From NCBI RefSeq assembly GCF_001194135.2, contig NC_068981.1, positions 153,130,738 to 153,194,737 of the forward strand: a stretch of 64,000 nucleotides of DNA. Direction: 5' to 3'. The notes under the pieces were generated by a model. It was given only the letters and a program-made list of their open reading frames with translations, was not told the origin of the DNA and made no database searches. Position numbers and translations under genes: made by a program. Shown piece after piece: positions 10,966 through 24,449 of this stretch. How positions within the stretch are numbered: the first letter of the stretch is position 1; each line of letters starts with the position of its first letter. The stretch is from Octopus bimaculoides (taxonomy: Eukaryota).

Positions 10966-12150
10966 ATAACTCTCTCGTTTCACTAAGCGTCAAATTATTA
11001 CATTTCTTGTGCACGTCCGCACGTTCATTTTTTTCTTCTTAGNNNNNNNNNNNNNNNNNNNNNNNNNNNNNNNNNNNNNNNNNNNNNNNNNNNNNNNNNN
11101 NNNNNNNNNNNNNNNNNNNNNNNNNNNNNNNNNNNNNNNNNNNNNNNNNNNNNNNNNNNNNNNNNNNNNNNNNNNNNNNNNNNNNNNNNNNNNNNNNNNN
11201 NNNNNNNNNNNNNNNNNNNNNNNNNNNNNNNNNNNNNNNNNNNNNNNNNNNNNNNNNNNNNNNNNNNNNNNNNNNNNNNNNNNNNNNNNNNNNNNNNNNN
11301 NNNNNNNNNNNNNNNNNNNNNNNNNNNNNNNNNNNNNNNNNNNNNNNNNNNNNNNNNNNNNNNNNNNNNNNNNNNNNNNNNNNNNNNNNNNNNNNNNNNN
11401 NNNNNNNNNNNNNNNNNNNNNNNNNNNNNNNNNNNNNNNNNNNNNNNNNNNNNNNNNNNNNNNNNNNNNNNNNNNNNNNNNNNNNNNNNNNNNNNNNNNN
11501 NNNNNNNNNNNNNNNNNNNNNNNNNNNNNNNNNNNNNNNNNNNNNNNNNNNNNNNNNNNNNNNNNNNNNNNNNNNNNNNNNNNNNNNNNNNNNNNNNNNN
11601 NNNNNNNNNNNNNNNNNNNNNNNNNNNNNNNNNNNNNNNNNNNNNNNNNNNNNNNNNNNNNNNNNNNNNNNNNNNNNNNNNNNNNNNNNNNNNNNNNNNN
11701 NNNNNNNNNNNNNNNNNNNNNNNNNNNNNNNNNNNNNNNNNNNNNNNNNNNNNNNNNNNNNNNCTTGCATATATAACCTTCAATTACGGTCACTTTTAGA
11801 CAATCAACAAAGGAAATTTCATCCTAAAACGTTAAACCCACTCAATGTGAATAACAATCGCCTGAAACGTTGCTTCCAAACTTTGGTTGTTGTTTTTTTT
11901 TTTTTATATATTATATTTATTACTATTTTATTTCTATTAGTTTTGTATTTTGGTGTTTCTCTTGTCTTTCAATGAGTTTCTTATTTCCGATTTTTTTTCT
12001 CTGTCTTAACCCAACACTTCATGAAATTCTTTACATCAATGTTCTTGTCAAGTAATTCCCTTTATTTACATTGTGAATTTGCTTCAATACATTTATACTT
12101 TCTCGTGTTTACGCACATTGGCTATTACGCCCCTACCATTTATGTAGTCG

Positions 12151-12213
<63 letters not shown>

Positions 12214-12439
12214 GTCTGTCTGTGTCTGTCTGTCTACTTATCTATCTATATGCACACATGCATATGTATGTATATATGTATCTTTACATACATGCACACG
12301 CACACACACACACACGCACACACATACACGCACACACACACATATACACATACATACATATTATAATATTTCGCTTAGGCATAGCGAGACTAACCTGGTG
12401 TAGAACTCAATATACTCATGGTCCAGAGCACAAGGTTAG

Positions 12440-12730
12440 ATGAATATGAGGTGGTAATAGAAAACAGAGAGACGACACCGGAAAAGGCAAATGTTATGTA
12501 ATGAAATTCATTAGCTTACAACTGTTTCTGCCATATGATGTGGTGGACTAGTTGAGTACCAAGATAACATTCTATAGCTTCATCAGAGCTTTGAATATGA
12601 AGTGCACTTTATTTGAAAAAGTTATATTTTCAGAGCATACAGGCGCAATGTGTGAGAAAGTCTATGCTAACAGCTATATAAGAATCCACCACATCCTATA
12701 GCAGAAACAGCTATAAGCTAATGAAGTTCA
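12440..12730. mobile_element. Penelope-like element terminal repeat (pLTR) relic with inverted partial copy
   Basis: 43-bp inverted repeat 12507-12549 / 12683-12725 (38/43 identical) carrying the GAAACAGYTRTAAGCT motif. Confidence 0.6.
12513..12590 (-). ncRNA. Minimal type I hammerhead ribozyme motif (Penelope-associated), near intact
   Basis: Minus strand: AGCT-CUGAUGA-A-GCUAUA...UAUGGC-A-GAAA-CAGUUG-UA-AGCU, giving stem I AGCU/AGCU, 6-bp stem II, near-palindromic helix III and a GUA cleavage triplet. Confidence 0.7.
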
Positions 12731-13194
12731 GTACATAACAACTGGTTTTTCTGGAGTCATCTCTTTGTTTTATATANNNNNNNNNNNNNNNNNNNNNNNN
12801 NNNNNNNNNNNNNNNNNNNNNNNNNNNNNNNNNNNNNNNNNNNNNNNNNNNNNNNNNNNNNNNNNNNNNNNNNNNNNNNNNNNNNNNNNNNNNNNNNNNN
12901 NNNNNNNNNNNNNNNNNNNNNNNNNNNNNNNNNNNNNNNNNNNNNNNNNNNNNNNNNNNNNNNNNNNNNNNNNNNNNNNNNNNNNNNNNNNNNNNNNNNN
13001 NNNNNNNNNNNNNNNNNNNNNNNNNNNNNNNNNNNNNNNNNNNNNNNNNNNNNNNNNNNNNNNNNNNNNNNNNNNNNNNNNNNNNNNNNNNNNNNNNNNN
13101 NNNNNNNNNNNNNNNNNNNNNNNNNNNNNNNNNNNNNNNNNNNNNNNNNNNNNNNNNNNNNNNNNNNNNNNNNNNNNNNNNNNNNNNNNNNNNN

Positions 13195-13226
<32 letters not shown>

Positions 13227-13279
13227 CATATTTATATATACACATACATATATATACATATACATATATACATACATGC

Positions 13280-13312
<33 letters not shown>

Positions 13313-14422
13313 CATATATATATAGTATCTATATATATATCGTGTGTGTGTGTGTGTGTGTGTTGGCACCAGTGCATCTGGGTGAATGAACAGGTCGTTG
13401 CACCTATTCACTGATCCGAAATGTGATGACATATGCACGTATGTTACAAAGTAGAGTACTAGCTACTATGTCCGAAACATCATGAAGTTAGTACGTCAGA
13501 TGATGACATTGGTGCACCAACCGAGTGTTCTAAGAAAGGATGAGATGAGAAAAGTAGTTTTTTGGTGCCAGTGCGTTTTGATCGACGAACGGGCTGTTAC
13601 CCCAGTTAATTATCCCGAAATGTGACGCATCTGTTGATACTCTGCTCTTAATACAAGCAGACTCCCAATTCGAAAATCTACGTTGATTGTCAGAGGTACC
13701 ACAAATATAATGACATGAGGTATCACCTACATTATTCATTCCTTAGATTGCTGCTCACGAAAATAATAGCTGTTACTACTTGAATTTGAGTTAGTAACAA
13801 ACAAATGCTTCTATTGCATGCAAACGTGCATGAATCGATCTGGTAAGTTTACTTGTCGTCTCCATATAATTTTCCTGGCTCCTGGTGAACAAAACCAATG
13901 CCCGAAATAGCAGCAAAATTTCGATGATATAATGGATGAAGTGTGGAAATATTGCATGGAAAATTTCACTGTTTATATCATGACATATTTAACATTAAAT
14001 TTGAATGCTCAATTTGGTAGTAGCATCTTCGACAACTATGTGTTCGAAATGGTAACAAAAGAAAATCAAAACCAACTAAGACGCTGTTTCATTAGTTACC
14101 ATAATAATTTTTGTTTCAATCACACCAATCAAAATTAAGAAACAATGTTATTCCGATCAACTGGAGGCTATCATGTGTTCACATCTTTGTGTTTGTAAGT
14201 AAATAATATTCGTTGTTTAAAAACTACGCATCGTAAAACAGAGTAAACAAAGCTATGGACACGCAGTTTTCATTAATAAGATATATGTAATCGTCACGCT
14301 TAATCAATGGGGAGAGCCCGTACGCATGACTCTTTACAAGGTCCCCGAGACAGGTGCTGGGGACAGAGGAGGATATCTTCAAACAAGAAAACTAACCCAA
14401 ATGCTTGCAACAGAGTGGACTC

Positions 14423-14554
14423 CACCGAAGGAACCCAAGGTGCCAGATGTGGGTGTTAAACTGAGTGACAATGATGGGGTTTGAACGCACCGAAGGAACC
14501 CAAGGTGCCAGATGTGGGTGTTAAACTGAGTGACAATGATGGGGTTTGAACGCA
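14423..14554. repeat. Perfect 65-bp tandem duplication
   Basis: 14423-14487 is identical to 14488-14552, with CA microhomology at the junction. Confidence 0.95.
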
Positions 14555-15719
14555 TAATGTAAAGAGTCGGAAAAAACAACGCATCCCGTCCGACATTTTA
14601 ACGTTTCTGTCATTTCACTGCTCTAGACTTTATTTATTGATCCATGAAGCTTGAAAACAGAGGTCGGCAATGCAACCAAGCAGAAATAGCAACAGTACCA
14701 CAAAAGAAAGCAGAACCAATTAATAAAAGAATGTAAGCAGCAGGTTCCAGCCGCTGTTCTTTATCACTCACAGTCAATAATTTTATTATACGAAAAACAA
14801 TCAGATAACAGGATTGACAAAAAGGAAATAAAATATTGAAATTTAAAATACTAAACGTTTTTGCCTGCCCACTTTTTGAAGTTGCAGAATCACAGCTTTT
14901 CATATACACTTTATAAACTGGCAGCAATGAGAAGTCACAAGATTACTAATTTATGTTTAACTAGCATCCATTTGACAAACATGTGGCTAAATACTTACAT
15001 TGTGAACGATTCATTTTTCTGTCCACAAATAGTTACTGTATTGTAAAAATTTCTCTTATCTGCTAAACTAAATTTAATGTTGATTCGAACTCCCTTGAAC
15101 CTTCTGTATATCATTATATTATAATGTTGTTATAATTCCTTTATATAGATATACAGAATAAAAAGAAAAAAAGGTTATCTTTTATATAGACTTGAACTAG
15201 CATCAGTTACATTTTACTGCAGAGATCCACCGAGAGAAATTACTACATTCTCATATCTGAAGTTGACTTTTTGGGATCACGTCAGTCTAATGCTAAAAAA
15301 AAAAAATTAACTATGGCTTTGTTTACGTTCTCCACTAAGCAATAAATAAATGAAGCTACGAGCAGCTATACCATCCATTTTAATTAGCATATATGATATT
15401 GAGCCTCGATTTGGACAAGGAAATAATACACAGAAATAATTTACACAGAATAGGTAGATGTTTCAAATATACACACTGTTGTGTGTTTGACTGGAGCTTG
15501 ATTAGTTATTTTTCTAATTTTACGGACTTCTTTGATTATTTATGGAGCATTAGAGCCAGTCCAGTGTACAAAATGATACACCGCAACCACATTCAGCTGA
15601 TCTCAGCTTCTTAGAGGTATTTTTAGTTGTTTGTTTTCCAAACTAGACTTCTGTACGAAATATCGCACAAACTTTGCCGAAAAAATGCAGCAGCCGACTT
15701 CAATGGGGGAATGAATCTG

Positions 15720-16150
15720 CGTGGCACCCTTTAACATGAGACTCATCAAGCAATAGCTGGTGTCTAGCTTTCCTCAGTGATGTCATTTGCAACCTGACGC
15801 TGATGGTAAATTCGATTCAGAGGATTTCCTCTCGTATCTGAATACTGGGCTTTCAGTTTCACCTACTCTTCTTGTGCACTGGACAGATTGAGCAAAGTGG
15901 TCCTGACTGGTAAGTTGTTTTAATGCCTTTATCTATAGAACTCTGGGCAGCATCATGTACTTTGCGTAGCTGTAACTGCTCTTTGCACTTAAATTCGCAT
16001 TGGTGAATTTTCATGCTGCGTTCACACTTGAATGTCTACCATTTTATGTTTCTTTTTGCAATCATCATTGCACCCTGCCCCACACTGAGTGAAATGATGG
16101 TAGGACCTAACGAAGTGCTTATTCAAACAACCACCTGAGAACATTGGATG
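15720..16150 (-). mobile_element. Possible degraded RTE LINE 3' end
   Basis: Minus-strand peptide KW*TFKCERSMKIHQCEFK...LCSIC loosely resembles RTE ORF2 C-termini. Confidence 0.3.
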
Positions 16151-16517
16151 CAAGATAATGATTTGACAACATCTCATCAATGTGTTACAGGTGCAGAAAT
16201 ATGTCGAAACAGTTGTAGTGATTTTAGATTTAAAAAATCTCGTTTATTCCATTTTCTGTCATCTGTCTGTCTGTCTGTTTATGTATGTATGTATGTATGT
16301 ATGTATGTATGTATGTATCTATCTATCTATCTATCTATCTAACTAGCTAGCTATGCTCGTAATGAGTAGATAGACAGCCGACAACTGATGAAGGGTCGTT
16401 TCTCTGTTTTACTTGTCCTGTTTCCCATTTTTCCTCCAGTTGTCGCGCATTTAACTCGTTTGTTTCCAGATTTCATGTTATTTACACAGTTGGTGACGTC
16501 CTGTACCCATATATGCA

Positions 16518-16597
<80 letters not shown>

Positions 16598-16839
16598 TAT
16601 ATATATATATATATATATGTATATTATATATATATATACATATANNNNNNNNNNNNNNNNNNNNNNNNNNNNNNNNNNNNNNNNNNNNNNNNNNNNNNNN
16701 NNNNNNNNNNNNNNNNNNNNNNNNNNNNNNNNNNNNNNNNNNNNNNNNNNNNNNNNNNNNNNNNNNNNNNNNNNNNNNNNNNNNNNNNNNNNNNNNNNNN
16801 NNNNNNNNNNNNNNNNNNNNNNNNNNNNNNNNNNNNNNN

Positions 16840-16870
<31 letters not shown>

Positions 16871-17759
16871 TAAATCGAAAATCCTTGACTAGAAACCGCC
16901 GATTACAGAGTGATCTGTTCGTACTAGCTTGTCCTTTATTTCATCTTATACTTATTTTCCTTTTGCTTATTTCTCATCTTCTTTTATACCCATCTTCTCT
17001 CTCGCAAACACTTTTTCATTCTTTATCAGTTTACGATCAATCTCTTACTACCTTTCCTTTTTTTTTTGGAATGGGTCAATATATATTTGTTGTTTTTACA
17101 GTTGTTTTGTTGTTCTTATTTTCGTCCCTATTGTTGTTTTACTCCCTCTTCTCTTTTTCCCAATCAACAACGCTCACCGTTGCAGCTTCGATTATTTTGT
17201 TTTTCTTTTTTAAGGACATCCTGATAGAAAAGTGACGAGAATTAGCCGTGCAATTTCCGCTTTTAATTCAAATTCGATTCGAAAACCTTGATTAGAACAC
17301 CGCCGATTACAGAGCAATCTCGATTCATTCATACGCCCATCACCTCTTATTTGCTGTTTTTCAACGGGGGTAGACTGACAAACTGAGCAAGATTGCGTCC
17401 CTTCCAGCAATGCGACTCCATTTATTTTTCCTCTTTCCCTTTGTAAACGAATTGAGCCGCGTGCTGTTGTCGTCTGCTGTTCGTCCTGTCAATGGAACGA
17501 GCCACAATAACAGTGTAGTAAAAATAAATATAAATAATTAAAAACCAAATGATAATAATAATGGAAGAAAGGTTAAATTCGGCCTCTAGAACACAAAGAA
17601 AAACGCGTGGGTGGGGACTGAAATAAAGGGAGAGAAAGAATAAGGACAGGAGAGAGAGAGAGAGAGAGGGGGGAGAGAGGGGGGGAGAGAGGGGGAGAGA
17701 GAGATGTAATGAAAGTTAGAGAGAAAAGAAAGCAAAGAAAGTTACTCCAATATTCATTG

Positions 17760-18519
17760 AGAGGTGGTAGCAGTGGCGGTGNNNNNNNNNNNNNNNNNNN
17801 NNNNNNNNNNNNNNNNNNGTGGTAGTCGTGGTGGTTGTGGTGGTGGTGGTGGTGGTGGTAATTTTTGTTATGGTGTTGGTTATGGTGGTGGTGAAGATTG
17901 TGGTCGTATTGCAAGTGGAGATGGAGGTGATAATGAAACTGAAGTTATGACTGTAGCAGTGATTGTGATGGAGGCGGTGGTGATGATGGTGCGTTATGTT
18001 GAAAGTGGTGATGGTGGTGATGAAGCCAACGGAGGTGCTGCATGTTGCTGTGGTGGTAGTGGTGATGGTAATGGTGGTAATGGTGTAGTTGTCGTCATCG
18101 TCGTCGTAGTATAGTACTGATGTTTATTATAGTTATGATGATGATGTCTCTTAAAAGTGGGGTTGCAGTGCTAAAGAAAATTGAAACGGTGACTGTTGTG
18201 GTGATGATGTTGGTGGTGATGGTATTGGTGGTGGTATTGGTGGTGGCCATTGTGGTAGAGATGGTGGTGATGGTGATAGTGGGAGAGGGTGTTGTAAAGG
18301 GAGACGGTGAGGAAAATGTATATAGAGGTAGCCAAAGTTGCAGTGGTAGCGGTGGTGGTGGTGGTGGTGGTGGTAGTGAATATGTTGTGGCAGTGGATGG
18401 AAGTTGCGATAGGGGAGTACAGAGTCAGAAGACGGTATGGTCACGACGGGGATTGGTTTTGTGAAAACGGAAGAGAAGTACTGATGGTGGTGATGGTGAT
18501 TATGATGATGATGATGATG

Positions 18520-18553
<34 letters not shown>

Positions 18554-18566
18554 CGATGATGATGAT

Positions 18567-18598
<32 letters not shown>

Positions 18599-18830
18599 TG
18601 ACGACGATGACGATGACGACGATGATGATGATGATGATGATGACGACGATAATGATGATGATGACGACGACGACGATGATGATGGTGATGATGATGATGA
18701 TGACGACGATGATGATGATGATGATGATGATGATGGTTATGATGACGATGATGATGATGATGGTTATGATGACGATGATGATGATGATGATGATGATGGT
18801 TATGATGACGATGACGATGATGATGACGAC

Positions 18831-18873
<43 letters not shown>
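17760..18873. repeat. Degenerate (GGT/GAT)n tract ending in ~385 bp of (GAT/GAC)n
   Basis: Direct reading; the source of the poly-M/T/I/V ORFs. Confidence 0.95.
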
Positions 18874-18875
<2 letters not shown>

Positions 18876-19089
18876 CCTTTCTACTCTAGGCACAAGACCT
18901 GAAATTTGGGGGAGGAGGTTAGTCGATTACATCGAACCCAGTACTCAACTGGTACTTTATTTATCGACCTTGAAAGGATGAAAAGCAAAGTCAAGCTCGG
19001 CGGAATTTGAACTCTGAATGTAAAGACTTGACGAAATGCCGCTAAGCATTTTGCTCCGCGTTCTAACGAGTCCGGTATCTCGCCACCTT
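18873..19089 (-). mobile_element. SINE family A (tail type i)
   Basis: Full reverse-complement copy: tail, body, B-box (ttgaactc) and A-box region. Confidence 0.9.
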
Positions 19090-19125
19090 AACAACAGCAA
19101 CAGCAACAACAACAACAACAACAAC

Positions 19126-19181
<56 letters not shown>

Positions 19182-19195
19182 CAACAATAACAATA

Positions 19196-19406
19196 ACCCT
19201 TTCTACTATAGGCACAAGGCTTGAAAATTTTGGGATAGTGGACTAGTCGATTACATCGACCCCAGTGTTTCACAGGTACTTAATTTATCGACCCCGAAAG
19301 GATGAAAGGCAAAGTCGACTGCGACAGAATTTGAACTCAGAACGTAAAGACGGACGAAATGCCGCTAAGCATTTTGCCCGGTGTGCTAACGATTCTGCCA
19401 GTTCGC
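19196..19406 (-). mobile_element. SINE family A (tail type i)
   Basis: Full reverse-complement copy preceded by an (AAT/AAC)n tail. Confidence 0.9.
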
Positions 19407-19554
19407 TAACGATGATGGTGATGATGGGGAGTGATGATGATGGGGAGTGATGATGATGGGGAGTGATGATGATGGGGAGTGATGACGTTTGTGATGGTGT
19501 CGGTGGTGGTCGTCGTGTTGATGGTATTGATGATGATGAAAGTAATAAGATAGA

Positions 19555-19952
<398 letters not shown>

Positions 19953-19953
19953 A

Positions 19954-21392
19954 TCAAACATTCAGTGATAAGGGAAAGGATCAGAAGAGAATGTTATCGT
20001 AGGGTAAAGGCAATGCCCAAGAGAGAGTCGAATGCAAGAAACAGGATCGAAGCGATCAATACGTTAGCTATACCAGACATGACTTACAGTTTCAATATCA
20101 TAAACTGGTCAATTACTGAAATATGTAATCTTGACAGAAAAATACGAAAATTGTTGATAACACATAGAATGCACCACCCTACGACAGATATAGAACGACT
20201 TTATCTGCCAAGAAAAGAGGGCGGCCGTTGACACCTACCTGAAAAACACTGATGTTAAAACTTGTCTCAAAGCACGAAAACAAGAAAGCATCATACTCAG
20301 CAACAAAACAGGCAAAGGAATATCTAAGTGAATTCCAAATACAACAAATTCCAGAATTAGATGTACTGGAAACAAGCACAGAAAAGGCTAAGCGTATGAA
20401 AACCCGTGTTAAAACTGCTGCCTTAGATATTTTTACTGATAAATGGCAAGAAAAACCTCTCAGTGGCAAATACCCAAAGAGAGCTAATAGTGCCGATGTT
20501 GACAAAGCTCTTACCCATCAATGGTTAGTGGTTTCTGGCTTAAAATCAGAAACAGAAGGGTTTATCATAACAGCCCAAGATCAATGCTTACCTACAAGAA
20601 ACTACTAGGCAAACATATTAAAGAACGGCAGCTGCCCAACATGTCGTGTATGTCAACAACAATGAAACCATTGATCATGTTGTATCCATGTGCAGTCTTC
20701 TTGCGTCTACAGCGTGTCTCAACAGGTATGATAGAACAGCACAATATATTCACTGAGTAATTTTCAAAAACCTGGAACTGATAAAACTGGTGGGAATACA
20801 AACCACCTCCAGCGCTTGAAAATGATCTCATCTCACTACTCTGAAACTTTACCATTCAAACTGATAGAAAGATAGATTCGAATAGGCCAGACATTATATT
20901 GAAAGACTTCATACAAAAATCATGCCTCCTCATCGATATGACTGTCCCAATCAAAATGATTGTATTTGTCAAGACCTACCAAAAACTGAGCAAATATGAA
21001 AAGATCTTGAAATAGAAATTGGCAAAATGTGGAACCTGAAGACTAAAACAATACCTGTTGTCATAGGTGCCCTAGAAATGATAGCAAAGGGGGTTGATTG
21101 CTACCTAGCTCAGATACCAGGAAACCCCAAAATGGCCGAAATTCAAAAAATAGTGCTCATGGGAACTGCCCATATCCTACGTAAAATACTGTCTATGTAA
21201 TCTCAAATTTTAAAACAAACTCATAATTTTCTCATGTTTTCTTAAAAATTCTCTAGAACAATACTATGTACAAAACCAAATATCTGACCCCCTAAGCATA
21301 ACACCAACATGAACTTCTAACTTGTTGTCTCTTGGGGTCTCTGGGTGAGACTTGGAGCCAACTTGTACAAATACAAAGCAAAAGATAAACAT
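19954..21392 (+). mobile_element. 5'-truncated R4/Dong-clade non-LTR retrotransposon (RT thumb, CCHC finger, RLE endonuclease, 3' UTR), pseudogenised
   Basis: Peptides AINTLAIPDMTYSF, LYLPRKEGGR, GLKSETEGFIITAQDQCLPTRNY, CRVC...ETIDHVVSMC, RYD, NRPDIILKD...LLIDMTVP, KY..DLEIEI.KMW and IPVVIGAL; stop at 21198-21200; several frameshifts and stops. Confidence 0.9.
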
Positions 21393-21411
21393 ATAATAAT
21401 AATTATTATTA

Positions 21412-21448
<37 letters not shown>

Positions 21449-21469
21449 CATTATTATTAATTTAATAAT

Positions 21470-21677
21470 AATCTTTTCTGCTATAGGTACAAGGCCTGAA
21501 ATTTAAGGGTTGGCGACTAGTCGATTACATCAACCCCTGTGCTCAACTGGTACTTATTTTATCCACTCCGAAAAGTTGAAGAGCAAAGTCGACCTCGGCG
21601 GAATTTGAACTCAAAACGTATAGACGGAGGAAAGTATTTTGCCCGGCATGCTAACGATTCTGCCAAGCTTGCCGCCT
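21470..21677 (-). mobile_element. SINE family A (tail type i)
   Basis: Full reverse-complement copy. Confidence 0.9.
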
Positions 21678-21678
21678 A

Positions 21679-21750
<72 letters not shown>

Positions 21751-21949
21751 TTGACTTCAAATTCTGGCATAAAAACAAAAACTACTACTACAACTACTAC
21801 AGTCATAGACTTTCTATAACCAACTTTTGTTTTCAGATATGAAAATAGCAAAATGTTCCGTACAGGACAGGCGTTTCCACGTACATCTGAAACTATATAT
21901 GTATTTCTGCAAACACGCTATGTCTGTTTTGATGTGAATATGTTTATTT

Positions 21950-22113
21950 AAGCTTATGTATATATGCACAATCATATACATAAATACATACATACATACA
22001 TATATATGCTGTATATGCGTGTGTGTGTATGTATGTGTTTGTGTGTGAGTATATATATATTTATGTATATATATATGTGTGTGTATATATATGCATAAAT
22101 TCATACGTACACC

Positions 22114-22198
<85 letters not shown>

Positions 22199-22487
22199 AT
22201 AATTTTCATTACTCTCATTTAATGTAAGATGCACGTGAGTTGATATGTCAAGTACACGTGAACTATGCAATCCTGAGATATACGCGGCTGTATAAACTCG
22301 TGCACGTGCTTGTATATATACATGCATTGATATGCGCTAATATAAATTGTATAGGTCTTTAAACACATACACACACGGCAATACGTGTGAATACACATGT
22401 ATATGTGTGTGTGTGTGTGCGTGCGTGTGTATGTGTGTGTATATATGTATACACTCACACACACAAATATATACTGGCATACATTCG

Positions 22488-22548
<61 letters not shown>

Positions 22549-22654
22549 CACACGCACGCACATACACATTTATATATGCATATACACATACACCTGTATA
22601 TTCACCTACACACAAAAGGGTGGGTTAATATATGTATAGGTGTCAATGAGAAAA

Positions 22655-22687
<33 letters not shown>

Positions 22688-23252
22688 TTCGAACAGACGG
22701 TCAGACAGACAAACAAGGATGGAAAGGGAAAAATACATACAGAAGTATCGAATTTGTCAATTGTATAGTTTTTTGTATGTAGTTGTTTTGTTTTTTACAC
22801 GGATGTATGCGCGCGCGTGGTTATGTATATTAAGCGCATGCGCACGTGTGTTTAGTTACATGCAGACTAATACATATATATTTACAGAGTTATTACTATA
22901 TTTAAATATATGTGCAAATGTATATGTCAGTACAATAATTTGAATGAGCAATGGAAGGAGACGTACACATATATAAATTAATACGTGAACACAATCGTAG
23001 GGACATATATATGTATGCATGCATGTATGTATGAATGTAAGTAAGTATGTATACATTTATGTATGTGTGTGTGTGTGTATGTATGTGTATCTGTGCGTGT
23101 GTTTGTGTATGCGTATGTATGTGTGTGTGTGCGTGTGCGTATACATACAAATATGAATTAATGTGCACACAATCGTTAGAATATATGTGTATGCATATAT
23201 GTATGTATGCATGTATGTAGGTATATTCGTATGTGTGTGTGTGTGTGTGTGT

Positions 23253-23296
<44 letters not shown>

Positions 23297-23520
23297 GAAT
23301 ATGCGCGCACACACATACATATGAACATATATTTACATATTGGAAATCAATATAGACGAAACGTGCATAGCGTAAGCGTACATCATTGCAGCTATACATA
23401 TACCCATACATACATACATACATACATTTATATAAACGCATACGTTTACAATGTTGATTATGTAAACAATTTTGGGGAAGTCAATACATACACACAGTAG
23501 CACAAAGAAAGTTATATACA
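21950..23520. repeat. Long mixed (TA)/(TG)/(CA)/(TATG) low-complexity field
   Basis: Direct reading. Confidence 0.9.
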
Positions 23521-24280
23521 CACACGCTTGCATAGTGTACGAACGTGTGTATAGATTGATGCATACGAGTACTTTGAAGCATGGAAGTCATTTCATAGCC
23601 GCCTTGTTTAAATTTAAATGTCTAAATATGACGTGTTTTCCTATTTTTTCCTTCTTCTTTTCTTTCTTTCTTCTCTTTTCGTCGTCGTCCTCCTCCTCTA
23701 CCTTTTCCTCCATAGAACTCTCCCTCCAACTTCCTGTGGTCTTCAATTAACTTCCTCACAACAGACAAGTGATTACATCATAGCACCTCCGAGTAAATAT
23801 ATATTACACGTTCTACAATGGAATATGTCGGGTAGCTAGGTGCACAGCTGATATACTTGTATACTAAAAGCCGCTCTGCAAACCAGTTTTTCCTCCTATT
23901 CGAAGATATTTCTAAGAGAACTTTTGTTTTTCTTTAACGTGTAGATCCCCATCCTCCAGTACCAATAAACACAAATATAACCACGCATACACACACTCCA
24001 AAAGACGTTAACTATACACAAATGCGCACATTTCATTCATACACAAACATTTAACGAAGTTAATTGTTGTTCTCAAATAAAGGTCTGCAATTTATCCTAC
24101 TCCTACACCTTTTTCTCATCCTGCTTTATCACATCATCATCATCATCATCATCATCCTCATCCTCCTTATCCTCGTCCTCCTTCTCATCATCCCCCCCCT
24201 CATTATCAGCGTCATCATCATCGTTGTCGTCGTCAATCGAGAAAAACAAATGCATTGCAGTATTTGTTCTTATTTTTATT

Positions 24281-24447
24281 TTCCGAGTTCAAATCGTACC
24301 GATGTTAAACCTGGCTTTCATCCTTTCCATGAAATACAAGCAGTAACATAAAGAAGTACCAGTGAAGAATTGGAATTGCTGAGATCGAGTAATACCACAC
24401 CACCCCCGCCCCACATTTCTGGTCTTGTGCCTACGTGTGAAACAAGA
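24281..24447 (+). mobile_element. SINE family A, degenerate
   Basis: gagttcaaat...ctttcatcctttcc...aagtaccag...ggtcttgtgccta. Confidence 0.6.
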
Positions 24448-24449
24448 CG

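Noticed and set aside
14634-14927. 97-aa minus-strand ORF with a hydrophobic segment
   Set aside because: No recognisable domain or convincing splice sites; expected by chance in T-rich DNA.
16385-16410. CTGATGA core-like word
   Set aside because: No downstream GAAA or pairing stems.
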